From NCBI GenBank assembly GCA_041665545.1, contig JBAYIQ010000002.1, positions 66,369 to 130,368 on the forward strand: a stretch of DNA of 64,000 nt. The letters are read 5' to 3'. Below are positions 34,770 through 43,138 of the stretch, one piece after another. The stretch's first letter is position 1. Each line of letters starts with the position of its first letter. Under the pieces are notes generated by a model. The model saw only the letters and a list, made by a program, of their open reading frames with translations. It searched no databases and was not told the DNA's origin. Source of the stretch: Patescibacteria group bacterium. Its GTDB lineage: Bacteria > Patescibacteriota > Patescibacteriia > UBA1558 > GWA2-36-10. The translations under genes and the position numbers were made by a program.

Positions 34770-36974
34770 TTATTTTTTAAAAAATGGTTTTTTATTAAAT
34801 GGTTTTTTAAATACTGGTCGATCCACATAGCCCTCGGGTCTGGGTAGTAAGTCTTTGATAGACAAGCTAATTTTGTTGTTGGCTGTGTCAACGTCAACTA
34901 CTTTGACTTTGACCTGGTCGCCAACTTTCAAGACATCGCTGACTTTCTCAATGCGGTTGTAGGCAATCTGAGAAATGTGCACCATGCCATCTTTACCGGG
35001 TAATAATTCCACAATGGCACCAATCTCACTACCACTATTCCTGTCTTTGATGATTTGAATTACTTGACCATCATAGATCTCGCCAATCACAATGTCTCGG
35101 ACAATATTTTCCACCCACTCTTTGGCTTTTTGCGCGCCATCTTGGTCAGTGGAGGTGATCAAGACCAAACCACTCTGCTCAATATCAATCTGCACATTAC
35201 ATTTGGCAATAATTTCATTGATAATCTTACCGCCAGTGCCAATGACGTCTCTGATCTTGTCCGGATTGATCTGTAGAGTAATAATTCTCGGCGCATATTG
35301 TGATAATTCTGCTCGGGGTGTGGCAATGACTTTTTTCATGACTTCCAAAATTTTCATTCTGGCTTCACGAGCCCTACCCAAAGTTTCTTTGACTATTTTG
35401 TAGCTAATACCACCTAATTTTATATCAAGCTGTAAGGCCGTAATGCCTTTTTCCGTGCCAGCTACTTTGAAATCCATGTGTCCAGAGTGATCTTCTATGC
35501 CTTGGATGTCGGTCAATATCTCATAGCGATTTTTGTCTTTTTCGTCCAGCACCAAACCCATGGCAATACCAGCCACTGGAGCAGAAATTGGCACTCCCGC
35601 GTCCATCAAGGAAAGTGTGGAGCCACAAATTGAAGCTTGAGAGGAAGAGCCGTTTGATTCCAAGACTTCTGACACCACTCTGATGGTATAGGGAAAATCT
35701 TCGTCCTTTGGTAATACTGGCAACAAAGCTTTTTCCGCCAAAGCACCATGGCCAATTTCTCGGCGACCTGGACCTCTGAGGGGTTTGACTTCGCCAACCG
35801 AAAATCCGGGAAAATTATAATGGTGCATGTATTTTTTGGCGCCGGATTCTTCCATGCTGTCCAAGGTCTGCTCATCACCCGGGGCACCCAAAGTAACAAT
35901 TGATAATACTTGCGTTTCACCGCGACTAAATAAACCACTACCATGCGTGCGTGGCAAGATAGCCACCTCGGCTGACAAAGATCTAATCTCATCCATTTTG
36001 CGGCCATCGGGTCTTTGCTTTTTTTCCAAAACCAAAGATATAAATGCTTTTTCCAAACTCGTGTCAAACATGGTCATACCAATAGCGCGAGCATCTTTGG
36101 AAACTTCATTGTCATCCTTCAAGGCCTGATCCAGCTCGGCTTTGACCTCTTCAATCATTTGCTTGGTTTTTGATTTGTCAGCGTGAAAACAAGAGCCCAA
36201 ATCTCTGCCTTGGAAAAAATTACTTACTTTTTCTGCTACTAATTTTTGCAAAGCTTGCTTTTCTTCATCAATTACTGCTTCGTGCTTGGCCACTCCGATT
36301 TCTTTGATAATATCTTCGATAAAAGGTATTAATTTTCTAATGTGTTTGCCGGCAAACTCAACGGCTTCAACTATAATATCTTCTTTGACTTGCTTGGCGC
36401 CGGATTCAATCATTACTACTTCATCTATAGTTCCTACCACAAACAAATCTAAGTCACTTTTTTGCCGAGCTTCAACTGTGGGGTTGATAACCAGCTCATC
36501 ATTGATGCGACCTATTTTTATAGCAGCCACTGGACCACTCCAAGGTATGGGTGAAATGCCCAAAGCAACTGAGGCGGCAATCAAACTAGGAAATTCCGGA
36601 TCATTGATGCCGTCATAAGACAAAACTGTCAAAACCACCTGCACATCAGTGCGCTCAGTTTCTTTGAATAGTGGTCTGATAGAGCGATCAATCAAACGCG
36701 AGGTCAAAATGGCCTCGTCAGTTGCTCGACCTTCTCTTTTTATAAAACGCGAGCCCTTGATTTTGCCCGCGGCATACAAACGCTCTTCATAGTCAACTAG
36801 CAAAGGAAAATAATCCACTCCTTCGCGCGCTTGTCGTGACATAACAGCCGTAGCCAAAACTACTGTCTCCCCATAAGAAACAGTACAAGACCCTTGAGCT
36901 TGTTTTGCTAGCTTGCCGATTTCTATTTTGAGATCACGGCCAGCTATTTCGGTAGTAAATTGTTTACTAGCCAT
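34770..36974 (-). CDS. pnp: Polyribonucleotide nucleotidyltransferase (PNPase)
   Basis: Two RNase PH domains, KH (GGKIINEIIAKCNVQIDI) and S1 (GEIYDGQVIQII...) domains. 734 aa. Downstream of rpsO as usual. Confidence 0.95.
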   Translation of the reverse strand: MASKQFTTEIAGRDLKIEIGKLAKQAQGSCTVSYGETVVLATAVMSRQAREGVDYFPLLVDYEERLYAAGKIKGSRFIKREGRATDEAILTSRLIDRSIRPLFKETERTDVQVVLTVLSYDGINDPEFPSLIAASVALGISPIPWSGPVAAIKIGRINDELVINPTVEARQKSDLDLFVVGTIDEVVMIESGAKQVKEDIIVEAVEFAGKHIRKLIPFIEDIIKEIGVAKHEAVIDEEKQALQKLVAEKVSNFFQGRDLGSCFHADKSKTKQMIEEVKAELDQALKDDNEVSKDARAIGMTMFDTSLEKAFISLVLEKKQRPDGRKMDEIRSLSAEVAILPRTHGSGLFSRGETQVLSIVTLGAPGDEQTLDSMEESGAKKYMHHYNFPGFSVGEVKPLRGPGRREIGHGALAEKALLPVLPKDEDFPYTIRVVSEVLESNGSSSQASICGSTLSLMDAGVPISAPVAGIAMGLVLDEKDKNRYEILTDIQGIEDHSGHMDFKVAGTEKGITALQLDIKLGGISYKIVKETLGRAREARMKILEVMKKVIATPRAELSQYAPRIITLQINPDKIRDVIGTGGKIINEIIAKCNVQIDIEQSGLVLITSTDQDGAQKAKEWVENIVRDIVIGEIYDGQVIQIIKDRNSGSEIGAIVELLPGKDGMVHISQIAYNRIEKVSDVLKVGDQVKVKVVDVDTANNKISLSIKDLLPRPEGYVDRPVFKKPFNKKPFFKK

Positions 36975-37146
36975 AAAATTAACTTTCCTGGCAAAATGGC
37001 TAGTACTAGTTGATGTGACAAATTGCAGGCAAGCTAAATAGAGCGTGACTATAATCTGCCAACCAACCTTCGGCTAGCTTCATTTTACCTTAATTATTTT
37101 TACACAAGAGCCCTTGTATTATACAAGGGCTTGGCTTGCGATTTTT

Positions 37147-37503
37147 TTATTCTTTTTCAACTTTTTCTTCGCTTTTGACCTCTTCCGGAGCGCCCAAGAC
37201 AATCTCATCTTTGAGTATGTCTAGCTTTTCTTTACGATTGAACTTGAGACCCAAAACATTGATCAGTTTGGAAAAGCGTTTTTCATCTTCACGCTCCAAA
37301 TAGCGCAATAGCTTGTGGCGCAAAGACACTTTGGCTATCAAACCACGGCGAGAAGAAAAATCTTTCTTATTTTCCTTCAAGTGCCTGGTCAGCTCTTTGA
37401 CTTCCTCGGTGAGAATTGCAATCTGTACTTCTGGTGAACCAGTGTCATTTTTGTGTGTCTTAAATTTTTCAATCAGTTTAAGCTTTTTTTTCTTGTCCAA
37501 CAT
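37147..37503 (-). CDS. rpsO: 30S ribosomal protein S15 with a roughly 30-aa acidic/lysine-rich C-terminal extension
   Basis: MLDKKKKLKLIEKFKTHKNDTGSPEVQIAILTEEVKELTRHLKENKKDFSSRRGL...LRYLERED matches S15. Start taken at MLDKKK. The track ORF starts 13 codons upstream. Confidence 0.85.
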   Translation of the reverse strand: MLDKKKKLKLIEKFKTHKNDTGSPEVQIAILTEEVKELTRHLKENKKDFSSRRGLIAKVSLRHKLLRYLEREDEKRFSKLINVLGLKFNRKEKLDILKDEIVLGAPEEVKSEEKVEKE

Positions 37504-37600
37504 TTTTTTGCCCTTATTACCATTGACTGAGCCAGACCTCAATAGTCAAAATCACTGTCAGGTCAAACCAAGCCAAAAGTATCAATAATTAAGTGCTTGG

Positions 37601-37629
37601 ATATTAACATTTTTGCTATAATAAGTCAA
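37601..37629 (-). promoter_or_regulatory. Sigma-70-type promoter for rpsO-pnp on the minus strand (TTGACT-17-TAATAT)
   Basis: Reverse complement of 37601-37629 gives ttgact-tattatagcaaaaatgt-taatat. Confidence 0.45.
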
Positions 37630-37670
37630 TTCCGTAAGATCTGAAATATACGCTAATTATTAAGCCCACT

Positions 37671-37810
37671 GGCGCACCAGAATGTCATCCCGGACTCCCG
37701 CCCGACACGCCTGACCGGCGGTCATGGCGGGCGGGTGATCCGGGATCTACCATTGATTTGCCATTGGTATGATTATGGTAGATTCCCGCCTTCGCGGGAA
37801 TGACAGCTGA
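37671..37810. repeat. Left terminal inverted repeat of the element (composite of hairpins gtcatcccggac..gatccgggat, ctaccat..atggtag, attcccgccttcgcgggaat)
   Basis: See the mobile-element entry. Followed by the 22-nt motif gcgctagtttcttgaactcgcc, which recurs at 20636. Confidence 0.6.
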
Positions 37811-37931
37811 TGGTGCGCTAGTTTCTTGAACTCGCCTACCTAAAACTTGCTAAAAAACCAATAATATTCTAACATATTGTTTTCCTCGCCATCATGAACA
37901 TTCCCAAAACGTCCGGCCAACAAGGAGGCCA

Positions 37932-38150
37932 GTGATGATTTCGTTGATTTTTTTGTGGTTCGGCTGGCTTTTTTTCTTCGCCAGCATAATACTGTCCGCG
38001 ACCAAGCCGATGGCAAGCGGAGTAAGCAACCTCCCGGCCGCCAGCTACCTTATGCTCCTGGCCATCTTTTTTTACGTCGCGTCCCACGACACCAGGAAAA
38101 AGGTCGTCATTGCCCCGACCAACAGCGCTCCAACCAACGGTCAGGGCTAG
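37932..38150 (+). CDS. Small membrane protein (72 aa, 2 TM), cargo of the element
   Basis: SD caaggaggccagtg-ATG. Hydrophobic (LIFLWFGWLFFFASIIL; LMLLAIFFYVA). Followed by hairpin cccgccacttccaccatcacatggattcaagtggcggg + cttttatttt. GC-rich. Confidence 0.45.
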   Translation: MMISLIFLWFGWLFFFASIILSATKPMASGVSNLPAASYLMLLAIFFYVASHDTRKKVVIAPTNSAPTNGQG

Positions 38151-38313
38151 CATCTCACCACCCCGCTCTTTCCACGGCCCGCCACTTCCACCATCACATG
38201 GATTCAAGTGGCGGGCTTTTATTTTACTTAAAAACTTGCCTTTGGCAATAAAATTAATTACAATGCCTATGAACGCCTGTTCATCCATCACATTACATAA
38301 AGGAGCAAGTGCC

Positions 38314-38553
38314 ATGGAACCGAGCGAAGACTACGGAAGGGTTGGCGACCACAGAGTGCTGTCAGAATTCTTTGGCGAAGAAGAGTCAGACGAAAGCGAA
38401 GCCGAGGTCTTTGCTAGACTCACCGATGAAAGAAACCCCGGTGTACGAGCATTGAATAGTAGTCTAAGGATAGCCCATTTGATTGGGATTGGCGCCTTGC
38501 TACCATCAGCATTCGGCAACCCCTCTGGCTTTCGACTGGCCGAACCACTATAG
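38314..38553 (+). CDS. Small acidic hypothetical protein (79 aa), cargo of the element
   Basis: SD aaaggagcaagtgcc-ATG at the internal Met of track ORF 38110..38553 (MEPSEDYGRVGDHRVLSEFFGEEESDESEAEV...). Followed by terminator gcccgtccctcgaccatacctggggcgggc + ttttattttt. Confidence 0.4.
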   Translation: MEPSEDYGRVGDHRVLSEFFGEEESDESEAEVFARLTDERNPGVRALNSSLRIAHLIGIGALLPSAFGNPSGFRLAEPL

Positions 38554-38656
38554 ACGACTATCCGCCAACTTGCTTGCTTCTGGCCCGTCCCTCGACCATA
38601 CCTGGGGCGGGCTTTTATTTTTGTTATTTTGTGTCGTTTTATGCTAAGATATAATC

Positions 38657-39475
38657 ATGGACAAAACCTCGCTAAACAAATATCGACTATATCTAAAAAG
38701 TAAGGAGCTAAAAAATAGCACTGTCAAAAATTATTGCTGGCATGTACAACAGTTTTTACTATGGAGTGAAAATAAATCCGCCAGAGGCGGACCCGCCTTT
38801 GGCGGGAAAATTACTACCCTTATTTTAAAAAAATATAATGATTTTTTGCTAGCTAAACAAAAAAATATTGGTAGCATTAATCTGCGTTTTGTTATTCTCA
38901 ACAATTATTTAAGTTTTTTAAATATAAAATATTCCTTTACCCTACTTTCCCAAGAAAAAAATAGATTAAAAGCCATGGATCCAGTGCAACTGCAAAACTT
39001 TTTGGATCAGCCCTTGAAGAAAAAAAATTTATTGGGCTTCCGTGACAAGGCCTTGCTGGAAATATTGTATGTCAGTGGCTTGAAGGTCAGTGATTTGGTG
39101 AATATAAAAAAAGAACAAGTGGATTTTTTGAGCCGTGAGATTATTCTTAAAAATAAACACCTAAATCTACCACCTTATACTCTGCACTATTTAGAAAAAT
39201 ACTTAAATTTTCGCCGTGACAAAAATCCTTATTTATTTATCAACTTTGATCGCAGTAAAAAAGCGGGTGATACTCATTTGTCAGTCCGCTCTGTAGAACG
39301 CCTCATTGAAAAATACGCTTATGTCTTACGTCCACGGCTAAAAGTGACTCCCCAAATCTTACGCAACACCTTGGCTTACCAGCTCAAAATGCAAGGCACT
39401 AAAAATTTAGGAATTAAAGAGGCACTACATTTTAAAACAAAGGTAGCGGCTACTAATTATTTTAATAGATTATAA
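38657..39475 (+). CDS. Tyrosine recombinase / phage-integrase-family protein (XerC/XerD-like, possibly degenerate active site)
   Basis: N-terminal SAM-like core-binding domain (KNYCWHVQQFLLW...). C-terminal catalytic-domain pattern GLKVSDLVNIK...(R)...LRNTLAYQLKMQG..ALHF...ATNYF, compared with box II HxLRHTFAT..LL..G.DL..IQ.LLGH....TT.IYTHV. Here the His of HxxR is not conserved. A 30-nt GC hairpin of the dispersed family (ggcggacccgcctttggcgggaaa) is embedded in-frame at codons around SARGGPAFGGKIT. Confidence 0.6.
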   Translation: MDKTSLNKYRLYLKSKELKNSTVKNYCWHVQQFLLWSENKSARGGPAFGGKITTLILKKYNDFLLAKQKNIGSINLRFVILNNYLSFLNIKYSFTLLSQEKNRLKAMDPVQLQNFLDQPLKKKNLLGFRDKALLEILYVSGLKVSDLVNIKKEQVDFLSREIILKNKHLNLPPYTLHYLEKYLNFRRDKNPYLFINFDRSKKAGDTHLSVRSVERLIEKYAYVLRPRLKVTPQILRNTLAYQLKMQGTKNLGIKEALHFKTKVAATNYFNRL

Positions 39476-39489
39476 AAAATCGTTCCCTT

Positions 39490-39640
39490 TATCCTGTCAT
39501 TCCCGCGAAAGCGGGAATCTACCATTGTCACACCAATGGCAAATTAATGGTAGATCCCGGATCTCCTCGAGTCTGAGCGACGAGGTCGCTAGACCTCGGA
39601 GTCGATGACAAGTCCGGGATGACATTACTGGGAGCGATTT
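39490..39640. repeat. Right terminal inverted repeat of the element
   Basis: cctgtcattcccgcgaaagcgggaatctaccattgtcacaccaatggcaaattaatggtagatcccggatc ... agtccgggatgacatt. Reverse complement matches the left TIR. Confidence 0.6.
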
Positions 39641-39646
39641 TTTTAG

Positions 39647-40075
39647 TTATTTCAAATCTCCAATATAAAATTCAGGCAACTTCTCTTTGGACTGCTTCAA
39701 ATGTATAGTATTGAAAAACTCGGTCATATCCTTACCGCAACCCTGCAAAATCTTCTCGCCACCGGGATGCTGTGGGATAAAAGTGGTCACATTGTAGACC
39801 TTGGTGTTAGCTACTAGCCAGCAATCACTGGCTTGGTTGTGCGTTGCCACATCGGCCAAGGAATAAACTGCCGCTGTTGGTAATTCTGGCTGTGGTTCTG
39901 TGCCAGGAACTTGTATATTGCCACTCTGTCCGTTCGCAGAATCATTCTGATTGTTGGTGTTCATATTTATATTATTTTGATTAGTGTTTTGTGGTATGGA
40001 TATTTGTTTATTACTGGCAGTGGTGCAACCACTAAGAACAAAAACCATAGCCATAAAAAATATATATTTGCGCAT
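39647..40075 (-). CDS. Lipoprotein with a cytochrome b5-like heme/steroid-binding domain
   Basis: Lipobox LSGCTT. Asn/Gln-rich linker. C-terminal LADVATHNQASDCWLVANTKVYNVTTFIPQHPGGEKIL...FYIGDL (HPGG motif of cyt b5-like domains). Confidence 0.6.
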   Translation of the reverse strand: MRKYIFFMAMVFVLSGCTTASNKQISIPQNTNQNNINMNTNNQNDSANGQSGNIQVPGTEPQPELPTAAVYSLADVATHNQASDCWLVANTKVYNVTTFIPQHPGGEKILQGCGKDMTEFFNTIHLKQSKEKLPEFYIGDLK

Positions 40076-40165
40076 ATTATTTATATTAATTATTAATAAT
40101 TTTTATTATAACACAATGCTTTTTATAACCAAAATCCACCCCTCACGGGGCGGATTTATATTTGG

Positions 40166-42991
40166 TTATTTCCTAATCTTTATTCCTTTGACATCCTTGA
40201 TCAGTCCCAAAGTATTAAGCTGTTCAATGGACACATTCTTTAATAGTTCTAGCTTATAAGTAGTTGGATTGACATAAAATAATGCACCACTTGGCACCAC
40301 GATCAGGATGCGACCTGATAAGCGTTTGGCTAAATTCTTGTCCAGCTTGGCTTTGGGGGTGTTCTTGGTGGGGCTATAAAAATTTTCTATTTCTAATCCA
40401 TCGGCATAACCATCGCCATCACTATCTTTATTGTTGGGGTCAGTACCAATCAATTTTTCAAGCTCATCTGGCACCTGATCGCCATCACTATCTGAACCAT
40501 TATAATTTAATGACACTTGCAATTTCGCCAAGGTGGCCACAGAAATACCCAAGGCCTGCTTAGCCAAGACCTGAACCATATTGTTATTATCAATGGCTAT
40601 TGCCTTGCCATTATAAGTGACGTAAGCGCTAGTGCCATCACTAAGTTGGGCAAAACGACCAGTTAGCAACTTTAATTTAGCTGCTTCCGTCTTGGTGTTG
40701 TTTATTTTTGTAATCAAGCTACTATTAGTTGGGAGTACGCTAGTAGTTGGCAGTTGAGTAATTTTTTGTATGGCTGTAGCGTCGTTCGGTAAGGGCAATG
40801 AATACTCGGCAAAACAAGCTGCCTGATCATTATTTATGCTTAGTCTGGAAATTGTGACCGTATCAGTCAAATTGATTGCACCGTCATTATTTATATCAAA
40901 AATATTGGAATAATGAGCTGCGCCAGTAGTTGAATTAAGGCCTTCTTGCAAACCATGCATCAGGCCATTACACCAATCAATATTTAAATAATTAGTGTTA
41001 TTATAAGTATTGATAAACCTAGCTTGGCAGGCACTATCATTATTTGCCCCATAATACCTGGTGGCCAAAACTATATCGGAATTATTAATTGCTCCATCAT
41101 TATTTATATCAGCCACACGATTGTAGGTCTGCGAATTCACAGCGGCCGTGACAATACCCAATAAAGAACTGCACCAAGGTGAAAAATTATCATCTTGATT
41201 TGTATTATTGGCTATAGTCGCCTGTGCCTGATTAGAATAACCAGACATATTGCTGGCAGCATCAATAGCCCTAACTACATAGTAATAAGTGGTTCCTGGG
41301 ATCAGACCAGTATTTATATATGAATTGGTGTTTGTACTGGCAATCTGGGTGTAGCTACTACCACTAATAGTTGATCTAAAAACATTGTAGGTAGTCACTT
41401 CAATATTGCCGCTGCCGGCCGAAGCTGTCCAAGCTAGGGCAATCTGGGTGCCTGAAGTTGTGGCAGTAAGATTGGTAGGCGCTGATGGGCCCTGGGTGTT
41501 TATTGGAGGGACGTTGACCGGCACAGTAGCCTGCGCTTGATTAGAGTTGGCTGACATATTGCTGGCAGCATCAATGGCCCTGACTCTATAATAATAAGTA
41601 GTGCCTGGAGTCAGGCCAGTATTTATATATGAATTGGTATTGGTGCTGGCGATCTGGATATAGCCACTACCGCTAGTAGTTGACCTAAAAACATTGTAGG
41701 TAGTCACCGCGACATTGTCAGTTGAAGCTGACCAGCTAAGAGATATTTGCGTACTAGTGGCCGTAGCATTTAGATTGGTCGGCGCGCTAGGGGCTTGCGT
41801 ATCGTTGGCCGGTGGAGTAACCGGAGGAATAGTGGTGCCAGCAATGGTGATTGCATAAGGCTGGCTGGCCACATTATTAGCATCCACCAAATAAACATAG
41901 GCGCTTTGCCCATTATTTAAGGCACCTTGGTTCACCCTGACTGTCACTTGACTATTTGACCAGGTAGAAGCAACCTGTACTTCACACTTGCCTTTGTTTG
42001 CCCAAGTAGCATTGGGGCAGATTTCCACTCTGGCTGGAGTAGTGTCGACATACAACTCGTCCCACCAAGTCTCCATCTGTGGTTGCGGAGTTCCTGTGTC
42101 AGTGGCAAAATAAAAACCTAGCCACATATTATGAAAACGACAACCGGATGGATCAAACACACCATTCATATTCATCCAAGGCTGGCCATCCAACCAGATG
42201 CGGGCATGCCCGTTATTCTGACCAAGTGTCCCTTGTGTCAACCAAATTTCATAACGATGCCAACCACCCGTCTTAAGGTCGCCATTCATACCATAATACA
42301 TATTACAATTAGCGGAGGTGTATCCGGGCATCCCAACTTCATCATCACAAAGCGAACAGGGAACTCCATTTGGACAGCTATTAGCTACATACATGTGCCC
42401 TGAATTTGTACTTGGGTAGGCATCTTGACGAAACTCCCAACTAGCCTCATCAAGATCACCCTGACGAAATTGTATCCATTTAAAATTACGACTAGGAGCT
42501 CCAGAAGAAGTTCGGTAAAACCACCCCGATAAATAAACATTGCCATCAAATAATCCCTGTAAACTAATTTCACTATTATAATTACCGCCAGTAAAATTTT
42601 GATAAGCGGATAATGTACCCGGCAGACGAACATGTGTATTGCTATAGCGCGGCTCTTTGCCAGCTTGGTTTGCCCCGGTAGTCCAACCACCGTTTGCCTG
42701 ACTAGGTAAACGCGCACCAAGTGTACCACTATCAAAATCATCCCACCTTAATGGCGCTGCCTGCGACTTAGCGCCAAAACCACTACCAGTTATAGTAATA
42801 GCTGAACCATCGCTAATGGTGCCCGATACCGAGCTGATAGCTGGTCCTACTTGTTGGGCCATAGAAATGGGTGTGGATACCTTGGCCACAGCTATTGTGA
42901 ACAAAGAAACCAAACTAATAAAAAGCGCCAAAATCGCTTTTTCGCCTAAATTTTTAGCAAAATACGGATGAATACTTTGAGAGAGATGCAT
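40166..42991 (-). CDS. Large secreted/surface protein (941 aa) with an N-terminal ConA-like/glycoside-hydrolase-like beta-sandwich region, two fibronectin type III repeats, two dockerin-like (EF-hand-type) repeat pairs and C-terminal thrombospondin-type-3-like Asp-rich repeats
   Basis: Signal peptide. FN3 repeats (PSAPTNL.A...TQI.L.W.AS......TTYNVFRST.SGS.Y.QIASTNTNSYINTGL.PGTTYYY.VRAIDAASNMS). DINNDGAIN repeats (ADINNDGAINNSDIVLATRYYG; FDINNDGAINLTDTVTIS). DSDGDQVPDELE...DPNNKDSDGDGYADGLE. Confidence 0.55.
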   Translation of the reverse strand: MHLSQSIHPYFAKNLGEKAILALFISLVSLFTIAVAKVSTPISMAQQVGPAISSVSGTISDGSAITITGSGFGAKSQAAPLRWDDFDSGTLGARLPSQANGGWTTGANQAGKEPRYSNTHVRLPGTLSAYQNFTGGNYNSEISLQGLFDGNVYLSGWFYRTSSGAPSRNFKWIQFRQGDLDEASWEFRQDAYPSTNSGHMYVANSCPNGVPCSLCDDEVGMPGYTSANCNMYYGMNGDLKTGGWHRYEIWLTQGTLGQNNGHARIWLDGQPWMNMNGVFDPSGCRFHNMWLGFYFATDTGTPQPQMETWWDELYVDTTPARVEICPNATWANKGKCEVQVASTWSNSQVTVRVNQGALNNGQSAYVYLVDANNVASQPYAITIAGTTIPPVTPPANDTQAPSAPTNLNATATSTQISLSWSASTDNVAVTTYNVFRSTTSGSGYIQIASTNTNSYINTGLTPGTTYYYRVRAIDAASNMSANSNQAQATVPVNVPPINTQGPSAPTNLTATTSGTQIALAWTASAGSGNIEVTTYNVFRSTISGSSYTQIASTNTNSYINTGLIPGTTYYYVVRAIDAASNMSGYSNQAQATIANNTNQDDNFSPWCSSLLGIVTAAVNSQTYNRVADINNDGAINNSDIVLATRYYGANNDSACQARFINTYNNTNYLNIDWCNGLMHGLQEGLNSTTGAAHYSNIFDINNDGAINLTDTVTISRLSINNDQAACFAEYSLPLPNDATAIQKITQLPTTSVLPTNSSLITKINNTKTEAAKLKLLTGRFAQLSDGTSAYVTYNGKAIAIDNNNMVQVLAKQALGISVATLAKLQVSLNYNGSDSDGDQVPDELEKLIGTDPNNKDSDGDGYADGLEIENFYSPTKNTPKAKLDKNLAKRLSGRILIVVPSGALFYVNPTTYKLELLKNVSIEQLNTLGLIKDVKGIKIRK

Positions 42992-43138
42992 ATTTTTATT
43001 TTTAATATTTATTATATTTTTTAGTTAGCTTATATTAAACAAAAAATTGACCAAAACAACATTTGCTTTTATGGCCAATTTTTAAACTTACAATATAATT
43101 GTAGCACAAAAATTACAAAAAGTCAATCGCAATTTCGT

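Larger units (their letters stand above)
37671..39640 (+). mobile_element. About 1.97 kb mobile-element-like unit bounded by about 130 bp imperfect terminal inverted repeats. It carries two small GC-rich cargo ORFs and a degenerate XerC/D-like tyrosine recombinase.
   Basis: The left end (aatgtcatcccggac...gatccgggatctaccattgatttgccattggtatgattatggtagattcccgccttcgcgggaatgacag, 37681-37810) and the reverse complement of the right end (39490-39630) share about 70 nt that are near-identical, plus the terminal aatgtcatcccggac. The inner part of each arm is a different GC hairpin. Confidence 0.6.

Noticed and set aside
37869-38315. 148-aa minus ORF and 37955..38251 plus ORF in the element cargo region
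   Set aside because: No SD. R/G/P-rich composition. They lie antisense or overlapping to the two SD-bearing small plus-strand ORFs.
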